A stretch of DNA of 64,000 bases from Anthoceros angustus (taxonomy: Eukaryota > Plantae > Anthocerotophyta). The notes under the pieces were generated by a model. It searched no databases, was not told where the DNA came from, and saw only the letters and a program-made list of their open reading frames with translations. Shown piece by piece: positions 1 through 10,935 of the stretch. The stretch lies in the NCBI GenBank assembly GCA_010909165.1, contig VJWM01000209.1, positions 124,001 through 188,000 of the forward strand. Reading direction: 5' to 3'. Position 1 is the stretch's first letter. Each line of letters begins with the position of its first letter. The position numbers were made by a program, and so were the translations under genes.

Positions 1-1
1 C

Positions 2-312
2 CAGATTGCGAATCCACAATGTTGGTACATTTGGAGAATGTGTGCGACCATGGACAAGCGTCCGTTAGGGCCACATGAAGAGATTCGGCGTGGTTCGGCA
101 ATGAGTTGATCATGGGCGCGCGTACGGCTCATATGCAGCCGGCTTAGCGATTCTTGGACAAATGTGGCTGGACCGGAGGTGCCTGACAGAATTTGACAAC
201 TCAAGCGGAAGGTTGTGGATGATATCCTAGAGTTGGGAAGGTGCTCACAACAGTGAAGAGGATGGACAAGTTGCCATTTACCACCGTGAATCGAGTAGGG
301 GAAGCCGGAAGG
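2..312 (+). pseudogene. DNMT3/DRM-like C5 cytosine methyltransferase domain, central part (motifs VI-VIII), of a Gypsy retrotransposon; cut off at the window start and interrupted at 313 by element A1
   Basis: Reading across small indels gives QIANPQCWYI(L)ENV (ENV at 34-42, motif VI), then WFGNELIM..A.YGSYA.RL..WTNV (motif VIII-like, cf. DNMT3 IDAKEVSAAHRARYFWGNL), then VVDDILELGR..VKRMDKLPFTTVNRVGE. Continues at 6251. Confidence 0.75.
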
Positions 313-620
313 CGTAAAGTGGCCTCTGCCCGGGCCTCGGCCTTATTGGTTTTCGGGGGTTGAAGGTAGATTCTAGAGAATTGATCTTTTGGTCATTTTT
401 ACTCAATATAGTAAATTTCATTACAATCGAGTAAAAACCATGCCATATGGGGTAAAAAGAATCCACCTCCAATGTTACAAACAGAGCAGTAGGGTAAAAA
501 AATGACCACCAAGTGAACATCAGGTACTCTAGTGGAAGCTCTTTCTAGAAATCCCACCAAAATCGCTAATCTGGCAAAAACATTTTCTGTTAAGTAATAT
601 TCATGCGGATCCAGGATTCA
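313..620 (+). repeat. Conserved 'head' terminus of A1
   Basis: Blocks GGGCCTCGG..TTTTCGGG, AGAGAATT, CAAGTGAA, TTCTAGAAATCCCACCAAAATCGCTAA and ATTCATGCGGATCC recur in the other heads. Confidence 0.85.
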
Positions 621-1284
621 TGCACTTACAACAAAGCTTTCCAAACAACCTCCCAGTAGTCCGTTACGTCTTCCAACGTAAGGCACTTCCTGAAACGGTA
701 AGACCGAGAATCAAACTATGCACAAACACGAAAGCAAGACCGAGAATCAAACTATGCACAACGGATAACAACACGAACAATGCATTTGTAACACAAAAGC
801 AAGGTCAAAAATTTAAAAGCGTTAAGCGCACTGGCGTCTCCCAATGCATCACGTCACCACATACGGCGCTTCACGAGCGAACAAGGCGGCGTTAGACTAC
901 AAAAAGTAGGCATCGAGAGAACACCATGCACGGTGAAACAAAAGCGAGAGAAAGTCACGAGACAACACATAGTCACGAGACAACGAACATATCTTGAGCA
1001 CGAGGTAAACAAACCATGCGATCGCAAACTCGGGCGTCAATGGACTTCTTGCAACAAAACTAAGCCGAACTGAACACACTAACCGCGGCATAGAGCATGA
1101 AGCGAGCGACATATATAAAAAGCGGCAGCAAAGGACCGAGACAACCGCGACAAGCAAGCGTGGCGGAAGTCTGGCCTGAGAGGGGCCGCAAGCGCCAACA
1201 ACAATCGAGGCGAAAACAAGCGCGTCACAAAGCGGAGACCAGCCAAAAGACCACATCGGACAAAGTGCAAGCGGAAGCACGATC

Positions 1285-2035
1285 TTGGCCTTTACAAGAA
1301 CACCAGATATGTCGCAAGACACATGCGGGACACTACAAAACTAGGAGGACAAGAACACATGCAGCGCAATTACAAAATGAGAAGGAACCCAAAGCGCCGC
1401 ACAAAACAACACGGAAAAGACCGGCCTTCAAGCTCGGAACCTTGGCCTTGGCGAACCTATAACGTTCGAAATGAAAAGCGTTGAGCGAAATACAAAATGG
1501 CCTTTGGAAGGACCGAGATAGAAGCCAATACAAGCAAACGTGACAAGGAAATGCAGTGCCGCACACAAAGGCAACGCATCAACAACAATCAAAGGCGGTA
1601 GAAAACAAGCGCACAACACGAGAGCAGACAAAAGCGACATCAAACAAAGGTGCAAGCGTAGCGGATCTTAGCCTTTAACCTCCGAAACTTAGCCGTGGAA
1701 ACCAAGCAACCTTGGCCGGGAAGAGGCGGATGGCCTCTTGGATGAAAAGCGAATCGCCACGAACAACAACTACTAAACTAGACCGGACCTTGGCCTTGGA
1801 CATACCTATCCACCGCAATAAGCACGCAAACCAAGATGATCTTGGCCGGACATACCTATCCCTGCAATAAGGACACAAACCAAGATGACCTTGGCCTTCG
1901 GACGTGCAATATACGAAGAAAAACGAAGCAAACACAGGAAGACCTCGGGCTTCGGACGTTCAAAACTAAGACAAAGAACAAACCAAAAGACACAGGAACC
2001 TTGGCCCTCGGAGCGGGAAGTGGAAAAGACCTTGA
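1285..2035. repeat. Array of degenerate (A)CCTTGGCC(TT) motifs; second copy ~3205-3800
   Basis: About ten visible copies, e.g. near 1441, 1711, 1788, 1841, 1889 and 1999. The same array occurs in A2, B2 and inverted in B1. Confidence 0.75.
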
Positions 2036-4775
2036 AATGTGGAGAAAGCGCTTAAATAGCCTACCAAACCCTAGGGTTTCTCCCTCTGCGGCGCCGCCGT
2101 TCTCTCTCTACCAGGCCTCATTTCAATTTTCCGAACACGGATTTGCGGTGACCAAACCTAACTAAGTCCGCGATTGGTCAGCCGCCACCCTACCTTCCCA
2201 AACCTAGCCCGACTTTGCCAAACCTAAACTTGAACTACCAAACCGAAAACCAAACCTCCAACCGCCGGGGCGTAAGACGAACCTCCCGACGAATCGATTA
2301 CCACACCTTCCGAAAACATCGAGAACCCTAACATTCTGCTATATAAACCCGATGGCGGGGAGTTGCGGTCTTGTCGCACGTCCCTGCCCACCGCTGTCCC
2401 CCTGCCGTCAAGCATTTGGCTCCATCTGTGACGGGACCGCGACCGCGGTGAAGTCTCTTCTCGTTTACCGTCAGGCCCAGCAACTTGTTTTCAGCGGAGA
2501 GTCTGCAGCAAGGCGGTGGACGGCTGTCCGGAAAAGTGGATTCCTAAGGGCGGTGCAGCTTACTTGGAGACGGCTGCGATCTGAAGCTACAGCGCAACTG
2601 GACAACCTGTGAAGGTGACTGCTTGTCTATGTCCGTTCTTGCTCAAATTTACAGTTCTTGCACACCCTTCCTTATCCGTTTGCTCATGGCGCCGTATATT
2701 TCAGACTGTCTGCAGGAGTTTCAAGAACTCACCTTCTCTGCCAGGTATTTTACAACCCCTGACGAGGTGCAGCAGTCCTTAAACGTGCACACCCTCCTTT
2801 GTTCTTTCCTCATGTCCCGGTTTTCTTGCACGTTAGTGGAGTATCGCGAACTCGTCTGGAGAAGGCATGCAGTAACATACAACCCATGACCACTTGCAGA
2901 TATTCCGTTAAATACGGACGGTTAGGATTTTGGGCGATGCGATGGCGACAACGTCTTCTGAGACTTGAGCGATCGGTAACCAGCGATGTCACGATTCACG
3001 ATCGCCAGCGAGCTCTACGGTGCGATGGGTTACATCGTTTCATCGTGGAGCTCAAGAATTACAAGAACACCAGATATGTCGCAAGACACATGCGGGACAC
3101 TACAAAACTAGGAGGACAAGAACACATGCAGCGCAATTACAAAATGAGAAGGAACCCAAAGCGCCGCACAAAACAACACGGAAAAGACCGGCCTTCAAGC
3201 TCGGAACCTTGGCCTTGGCGAACAACCTTAACGTTCGAAATGCGTTGACGAAATACAAATGGCCTTTGGAAGGACCGAGATAGAAGCCAATACAAGCAAA
3301 CGTGACAAGGAAGTACAGCGCCGCACACAAAGGACAGCCGCAACATCAACAACAATCAAAGGCGGTAGAAAACAAGCGCACAACACGAGAGCAGACAAAA
3401 GCGACATCAAACAAAGGTGCAAACGTAAGCAAATCTTCGCCTTTAACCTCCAGAAACTTAGCCGTGGAAACCAAGCAACCTTGGCCTTCAGGAAGAGGCA
3501 GATGGCCTACTGGATGAAAAACGAATCGCCACGAACAACAACTACTAAACTAGACCGGACCTTGGCCTTGGACATACCTATCCACCGCAATAAGCACGCA
3601 AACCAAGATGATCTTGGCCGGACATACCTATCCACCGCAATAAGCACGAAACCAAGATGATCTTGGCCTTGACGTGCAATATACGAAGAAAAGCGAAGCA
3701 AACACGGAAGACCTCGGGCGGACGTTCAAAACTAAGACAAAGAACAAACCAAAGACACGGGAACCTTGGCCCTCGGAGCGGGAAGTGGAAAAGACCTTGA
3801 AATGTGGAGAAAGCGGTTAAATAGCCTACCAAACCCTAGGGTTTCTCCCTCTGCGGTGCCACCGTTCTCTCTCTACCAGGCCTCATTTCAATTTTCCGAA
3901 CCTGGATTTCCGAGCCGGTGACCAAACCTAACTAAGTCCGCGATTGGTCAGCCGCCGCCGCCCTACCTTCCCAAACCTAGCCCGACTTTGCCAAACCTAA
4001 ACTTGAACTACCAAAAACCAAACCTCCAAGCCGGGAAGAGGCGAACCTCCCGGCAGATCGAGAAAGTGCCACGCACACTTAGGTGAAACATCGAGAACCT
4101 AACATTACGCTATATAAACCCGATGGCGGGAGTTGCGGTCTTGTCGCCGTCCACACCGCCCCCTACGTCAAGCATTTGGCTCCATCTGTGTGGGACCGAG
4201 CAGTGAAGTCTCTTCTACTTCGGTGCCCAAACTTGTTTTCAGTGAGTCTGCGGCAAAGGTGGAATGGAAAAGTGGATTCTAAGGCGGTGCGGCTTACTTG
4301 GAGGCAGGCTGCGATTTGAAGCTCTGACAGTATCGGACAACCTATGAAGGTGGCTTGTCTATGTCCGTTCTAGCTCAAATTCTGATTCTTGCACCCTTCC
4401 TAATCCGTTTGCTCATGGCGTATATTTCATCTTGTCTGCAGGAGTTTCAAGAACTTCGCCTTCTCTGCCGGTATTTTACAACCCCAGCGAGGTGCAATTT
4501 AAACGTGCACACCTCCTTTGTTCTTTCCTCATGTCCCGGTTTTCTTGCATGCCGTTGGAAGGCGCTCGAACTTCTCTGGCGAGAAGGATGCAGTAACATA
4601 CAACCCATGACCACTTGCTTGATAGTTAAATACGGACGGTTAGGATTTTGGGCGATGCGATGGCGACAACGTCTTCTGAGACTTGAGCGATCGGTAAGCG
4701 GCGATGTCACGATTCCGATCCTGCCGGGCGGTTCTATTACGGTGCGATGGGTTACATCGTTTCATCGTGGAGCTC
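1294..4775 (+). repeat. ~1.77-kb tandem duplication inside A1 (1294-~3055 / 3061-~4775)
   Basis: Both units start acaagaacaccagatatgtcgcaagac and end catcgtggagctc; they differ by scattered indels. Confidence 0.9.
2050..2350. promoter_or_regulatory. Putative bidirectional promoter of A1 (duplicate at ~3815-4120)
   Basis: Minus-strand TATA-like CTATTTAA (~2052-2060), palindromic telo-box AAACCCTAGGGTTT (2066-2079), CT-rich tract, CCAAACCTA repeats, CCAAT box on the minus strand (gattgg) and plus-strand TATATAAA (2340-2347). Confidence 0.55.
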
Positions 4776-5600
4776 GGCAATTCATGATTCGGCAACATAA
4801 CTTGCCGGATGGCGGAATGATGGGGGTTCTTGTTCTAACCGACCTTCATCAAGTCCGTTATCGCTTCCATGGTTGTGGGTTTTACATTAGCGGACGCGGC
4901 CTGACAGCAACCCCTGAAATGCTCCACCCTCATCAGGCGTTGAAGTGGACCACATGCGAGAGGACTTCACTAACGTCTTGTGAACTGCCATACCTCCTTC
5001 CTTGGATTCACGGCGACACGACGGCCGCGAAGCCAAGGACACAAGTAGGGTTTATGCTTCGTCGCATGCAGACGGTTCATTATGACAATGTCGGGCATGG
5101 TGCGAAGCTCTTGAGATGATTGGTAGTAGTGGCGGTGATGAGAATGTCACCGCAATATGGACGCCCGCTCCACGCATTCTCTCTCGCCCACACCCTTGGT
5201 GTCTCGGAGGTGCAAACCGATATGTTGACTGCCAGCTTCAAAGGTTAGAACTTGCGCCTGGCATTGGTTTGCAGCAGTCTGAAAACTTGTTGGGGTGGTG
5301 TGTAGATGAACTCGTCAAGTCGTGGAAGAGTGTCCAACTGCCGTATCGAGTCTCGCGGCAGTAGTCGTTGATGAACACAATCGCCAACCGTGGGAGCATG
5401 CTTGCGTCGAGGCAAGGTGCATAGGACGAATGCTACATTGGCGTTACAAGACGAGAGGCATGACACAGGAAGTCCACCATCCGGGTACATGAAGTGCTCC
5501 AAAACGTCCGGTTTGTTTGCACACTTCAAACACCAAATTATTTGCAGAATCAAGAAAATGTGTGGTTTGTACTCCTAACATCCGACTGCTCGCTGCTTTT
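4355..5600 (+). CDS. Cargo gene of A1, unknown product (254-aa ORF 4355-5119 plus a frameshifted continuation)
   Basis: Longest ORF in A1, downstream of the TATATAAA at 4111. No family recognised; the N-terminus is only faintly F-box-like. Boundaries approximate. Confidence 0.35.
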
Positions 5601-6084
5601 AAAGCGGACGTGCAAGAACGGGCGTTGCATCTGACGTCAACAAACACGACTCCGATAAACGGCAAGGTGAGGCTAAACAGAAATTTAGTGTCAGATGTGT
5701 CTGCTCAAAGTCCAACAGTCTCAAGGTTTCATTTTGAAACGTCATGCAGTCGACACCCCGAATTTTCCGTTTTTACCAATGAAATGACATTTAACCCGGT
5801 TTCTTGATGCACAGTTTCTTACATTGTAATTGCCTGAAGAAATATTCGCGTTTGGACAAGATACTCGAAAAGATAAACTTTACGTGTACACTCCTTCAAC
5901 CTCGGTAGAATATACCTAGGAAATATGTCACAAGTTCGTAAAACTATAAAATGTTACGGTAAAGCGGTGGAAAAGCATTTCGAACACTTTTATATGCGAA
6001 AGGTAAAATTGATAGTTGTTTACTTGAAAGAGAGAAAAGGAATTTAAGCCATTTTGCATAGGGCAACATGACTCTTAAAAGTGC

Positions 6085-6250
6085 GCCTGAGACCTCGGCT
6101 ATCGCCTCGATGCCGCCGAGTGGGCGCGTCTCGGCCCCAGACTCGGCGCTCCCTTACGCCCGAGAGCGGCGTCGAGGCGCCTGACCTAAACGGTCTCGGC
6201 TACTTGGCCTCGGCGGATTCTGGTATGACGCCTCAGCGTCCGTTCCCCAT
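6085..6250 (+). repeat. Conserved GC-rich 'tail' terminus of A1
   Basis: GACCTC..CGATGCCG..CGCTCCCTTACGCC..AACGGTCTCG..GACGCC..CCC is shared with the A2 tail and, more loosely, the B2 tail. Confidence 0.75.
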
Positions 6251-6480
6251 CGTGGCCAACTCGTGAGCACACGCAATCTTATGCCTTGAACCGGGGAGGA
6301 GATGGTGTGATTACGGATTTGAAGGGAATGAGCTTGGAGCTCAATGTTGAGGAACGCGAGCAAGCGATGGGCTTTGCCAAGAAGGACACTCGGACCATGG
6401 GCATCACACATGCAAGGTGCGGGATGCTCGGACGGGCATTTGACATGCGGTCACGAGGTGGGTGGTAGCCTGCTTGGCGT
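6251..6480 (+). pseudogene. DNMT3/DRM-like methyltransferase C-terminal part (motifs IX-X)
   Basis: WPT(L)VST.QSYALNRGGDGVITDLKGMSLELNVEEREQAMGFAKKDTRTMGITHARCGMLGRAFDM resembles DNMT3 EMERVFGFP..YT......R..LLGRSW and DRM EME..LGFPKNHTR.....R..SLGNSF. Confidence 0.78.
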
Positions 6481-6599
6481 TCCAACTTGCGAGCGAAGGA
6501 AGCGAAAGCCTTCCTCCAACTCTGCAGGATAAAGAGGTTCCTAAGGCGGAGGAAGATGAGCTGCGGGAGATTGACATGGCCTGGATGAGCATCCACCAA

Positions 6600-9260
6600 G
6601 AGTGTGAAAGAGGTTCATGTATGGCACATTGCGTAAGATGTGAGCCGGAAGATAAGCGAAAATCATCAACATGCTTGAGAAAAACAAGGGTGCTTTTGCA
6701 TTCAGTTGGAAGGAGCTGGGTAGATATGAGAAGATCAAGTTCAAGGTAGTGACGACTCATGAAGAGCCCGTCTTCAGAAGGAGGCACCGCCTCAGTTCAG
6801 CAGAATGGGAGATTGTTGACAAACGCTGTCAAGAGTTGTTCGAAGCGGGGTTGATAAGAAAATCAAGCTCTCAATATGCTGCTGCGACTGTCCTACCGCT
6901 CAAGAAGGATGAGAACGGTGAATGGAAGGACAGGAGGATGTGTGGCGACTCGACCTCTAAGCGAGGTGACTCCTATGGAGCACCCCATGCCTACTCAGAG
7001 ATTTTCGATGCCATAGGTAAGGCAAAGTTCTTTACACTTGGACTTCCGCTCGGGCTTCAACCAAATTGTGATTGAAGAGCGGGACAAGTGCAAGACACTT
7101 TGGAAGGACCAGCTTTGGGAGTGGGAGACAATGCCGTTTGGGCTGAAAATGCTTCATATATTTCCAAAGAATTGCGGATCTCTAGCTGCCATTTGTGCGT
7201 TGCTACATAGATGATATCCTGGTCTTGATGAGACAATCAAGAACATATGGAGCATCTAGAGATATTGCTCTGAGGCTCAAGCTCGGGTTTGAAAGCTCAT
7301 CCTAAGAAATGCAAGTTTGCTTTCCAGATCAGTATCTGGGGCATGAGATAGTACCGGAGGCATCATGCCTCGGTGGCTAAGGTGCGGCCGTGATGCAAAT
7401 GCCTAGACCAAAGGATGTAGCTCTTAGAGCCTTCACAGGTTTGGTGAACTATTACAGGAGGTTTATGAAGGATCGGTTCCACGTGTAAACCTCTGTATGA
7501 GCTGAAGAAAGACATTGTGGAAATGGGACCAAGACCGAGTTGGCTTGGCAAGATCTTGGGACGTTGGCGGAAGCCTATCTTGGCGGGCAATTTTGATCAC
7601 CCTTTCACTCTGGCACAGCACCTGGATTGGGCGGTGTTGTCACAACATGGTGCGGATGGTGTTGAGCGAGTGATAGCTTATGCAAGCCGATCTAACAACT
7701 CACGTGAACTACTCCTCATATGAGGGAGAGTGTCTTCTGGTATGGGCGATTCGCATTTCGTGGTCTATCTGTATGGAAGGCGTTTTCAGCGGTCACAGAT
7801 CACCAGCCACTTCATTGGTGATGACCAACATGAAGTTGAGTGGTAAGCTAGGTGGCGCTGCTATCTCGAGATATGGAGATCGTGCAGGCGGGCAAGGTAC
7901 ATCACAATGCGGATGGGCTAGCAATCCTGGAAAGTGACAAGGATGTCACAGAGCTCGGCAGATGAGGGGCACGTGGTGGTGCACCCAGCTTCATGGCACT
8001 CATGGCCGGGATAGATGATCATGAAGAAGGACATGTCTTGGCGAGTCCGGGGATGTTTGGAGACATCCTCAAGCCATCTGATTCTTGAAGGAAGGCCGCT
8101 GCACAGAATGGAGCGAGCTTGGCTAAACTCAGAAGGCGCGTGGCCAGATACTCATGGGAAGATGGTGAGTTACTGTCAGAAGGAGAACTCGTGAGGAAAG
8201 TACCAGGTCCTGAGGAAAGAGTGGGCATAGTGACCAAGGTGCACGAAACCCTTGGCCACTTTGGTGTGAAGAGGACACACCACATGCTGAAAAGTACGTA
8301 TTTCTGGTCAGGGATGTATGCAGATGTCGAGAAGGTGGTGGCTAAGTGTGCTGCATGTGATGCGATCAAAGCCGTTAACACCGGGATGTGGTGTTGCACT
8401 CCCTACCGAGGGGCTATTCTTTAGATGGTCGGTTGACCTTATGCGAGCTTCCTCTCACAAAGCAAGGTAACCGACATTGCATGGTCATGATTGAGCATTT
8501 CTCTAAGTGGGTTGAAGTGGCGTTCTTACCAGAGAACTCGCATTACACCAGAGCTTTTGCGGTGTGTGCTCACCGATTTGGGAGCTGGAGGTGCTCACGG
8601 ACGAGTGTGAGTTTCGGTGAATTCGGACCTTGCTGGGCAGAGTCTCATTGATCACGGGGAGGACATCGAGGATCATCCACAGCCGATGGCTGCGGAAAAG
8701 GCTAGTGCAAGACCTTCAAGGATGCACTAAGGAAATCTTGCATTCTTGTGGAGCCCAAGTGTTGGGATGAATTGCTCCCTTACATCGTGTTGGGGTGCAG
8801 GTCGGTGTGCGCTCTTGGAAGTTTCAGTCCATACTTTTTGTTATTCGGACGCAACGCAGTTGTTGCCAAATGTGGTGAAGGACACTTACTCCATCCTTTG
8901 TGGAGCAAAGATGCAAATGTGTGCTTGGCACGAGTTCAAGCAGGCAGTATTTCAAAGAATTCTTCCCATGGCTATGGACAATTTGGTGGCCCAGATCGGG
9001 ACCAGTGAGGTATGCTTATACGCTGGGGCTCGTGGAAGCCCAAAGCCCGCAAGTTTGCATCCGAGATTACGTGTACTTGGCCAGGGCTGCAAGCACGTTA
9101 GATGTTACAGGAGGCTTATCGAGAGTTGTCGAGTTGGTGAGCAAGGTGTGGTTGAACTTGAAGGAAGAGATGGCGAAGGTGCAAGGAACACATGAAGCAT
9201 TTGGCTCCATGCCATTTGCGATCTGGATACACGAACATGCCTCGACACGGACGCCACCAG
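6600..9260 (+). mobile_element. pol: Ty3/gypsy pol (RT - RNase H - integrase), frameshifted
   Basis: RT: GLIRKSSSQYAAATVLPLKK..RRMCGD, MPFGLK (~7131), YIDD (~7204). RNase H: VIAYASRS, YSSYEGECL. Integrase: HHCC finger (HETLGHFGVKRT..YFWSGMYADVEKVVAKCAAC, 8119-8400) and core (MIEHFSKWVE, WDELLPYIVLG). RT-RH-INT order indicates Gypsy. Confidence 0.93.
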
Positions 9261-9264
9261 CATT

Positions 9265-9392
9265 GCCACTGAGGTGTGGACTGTGGCCCGAAGAATTCAT
9301 GTTGCTATGTGATGTATGCGTGGTTACCATCTGTTTTGCCTCAAACCCGGCCGGTGTTCGGAAGGAGAATGGCTATGTGAGCATGTGTGCTA
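9265..9392 (+). other. PHD finger at the integrase C-terminus
   Basis: Across frameshifts: CG....EFMLLCDVC..GYHLFCLKP.....EGEWLCEHVC, matching the C4HC3 PHD pattern. Confidence 0.75.
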
Positions 9393-9799
9393 AGTGTGAA
9401 CGTGGCTCTTCGAAGGATGCGAGGTTGTCTTAAATTCACACACGTTGGAAGGCTGATGAGTTGTGATGCAGTGAAGAAGGACACAAGATGCTTGGGGCCA
9501 AATTCACAAACGGATCTTGCACATGCTAAGACGAGTTGTTGCGAGAAGCCGATTGCTGTGCAAGGAATTGTGAAAAGAGGAATTACGGTGTACGGAGGCA
9601 AGCAAGGGTCTAATTCCTACCGGAAACGAGACGAAATTGGGCACACATAGGCTGCGAGGAGCATCTCATTTTGGAAGAGGAACCTTTGCATGCAGTGATC
9701 GGGCGGTTGAGAATTCCTCACAGTGTTTCTAAAGGTGGTTTCATTTGTTTGGAGCTGGATAGGGAGCGCCATGGTCGCCCGTTTCACGTGCATAGGAGA

Positions 9800-10935
9800 A
9801 GGCGTAACCGCCCTATCACAATTACGGAAGGTGAAGCGTCGAGAGGAGTGCCACCGTCAATCAAGCGCAAGAGACGACCGCGCAAGCATCCTTTGTCGGC
9901 GAACATGGAAAGCCGGCGGAGTTTGAGGCAAGCCGATCCCAATCAAGGGGTCGGCCCGTCTTGTGACGAGAACACCACGCTCGCCTTTTCGCGAGCGGTG
10001 GAGCAAGCGCCCCACACCGAAGGCAAGCTGGAGCGCACCTCGATCCTACTCGTGCGCATGTATGTCGGCCTCGGTCTGAAAATTCGAGGTTGCACCTAGG
10101 TCGGTAGTTCTCACCTGCAGCCATGGAGGAGGTCTCGCCTGGCGAGGTGGAGATCTTGGAATCATGCCCTCCGAGTGTGCTATGACCGCCAACTCAAGCA
10201 AGGTTTGCGAGGATGGACCCCAATTTGTGGATGACGAAGATGCGGGTAAGTGGAGCATCTTCTACTCCCTTGATGACCGGGGCAGGTATTCCACACAGAG
10301 TTATGGAGCTTCACATCTTCCTCGATGTTGAGGAGCACCATGATGTAGGGTGGAGCATTATCCCACGGAACACCGGATTTGTTTGAGCTCCAGTCGGGGT
10401 CCTGGCGTTTGCCACGGACTGGACAAGCTATCTGAGAGGTGCATGGAGGAAGTTGCAGCATCACTTCCAAATGCATCAATGGTTTGATGGGATGAGGTTG
10501 CCCGGTCGTTGGGGGGAGACACATACCCTCGTCGTTTGATTTTTCTCAAAGAGTGGTTTCGAGTTTTCCACCATCTCTGCGGACGGGCATCATGTGGTAG
10601 GGTGGCCTCGGCGTTTACATTCGACCAACAAAAGTGAGGACCCCTCATGTTGATCACGTGCTTGGACTCGAGAGGAGAAGAATGCTTTCAAGGCTCGGAG
10701 GCTTGACCGCACATCTACACTTCACAGCAAGTTACCGTTTTCAATTATCCAACCGGAGAAGCTTACGTCGGGACATGGATCTTTGGAGCGGGATGGCGTG
10801 CATCTGCACCGATTCGATGCGAGCGCTTTGTGGAAGAACGGTTGTGATCTCTCGATTCAAGCGCGGTGAGATTACGATTAAGCAGGAGGCACAAGAAGAC
10901 CCATCGGATGATGAGGATCTAGAAGATGACGCCAT
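9800..10935 (-). CDS. Probable spliced cargo gene of B1, unknown product
   Basis: MASSSRSSSSDGSSCASCLIV.. starts just outside B1's repeat array and is followed by a GTAAG donor. This is the same position as the outward-facing gene of A1/A2/B2. Extent uncertain. Confidence 0.3.

Larger units (their letters stand above)
313..6250 (+). mobile_element. Element A1: non-autonomous member of the head/tail tyrosine-recombinase element family
   Basis: Head 313-~620 is homologous to 19545-19830, 32023-32460 and (inverted) 17340-17657. Tail 6085-6250 is homologous to 25255-25403 and 42210-42380. Removal gives ggaagg-cgt-ggccaactc and rejoins the methyltransferase coding sequence. CGT is present at both 313-315 and 6251-6253. 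Confidence 0.8.

Noticed and set aside
620-2000. K/T/R-rich or hydrophobic ORFs in AC-rich stretches (also 11330-13000, 37100-38400)
   Set aside because: These are low-complexity, strand-biased intron/UTR sequences, so the ORFs are most likely spurious.
6085-6250. GC-rich block before pol as the Gypsy 5' LTR
   Set aside because: It is the A1 tail (also found at 25255 and 42210), and Gypsy coding sequence continues at 1-312. No LTR pair is visible.
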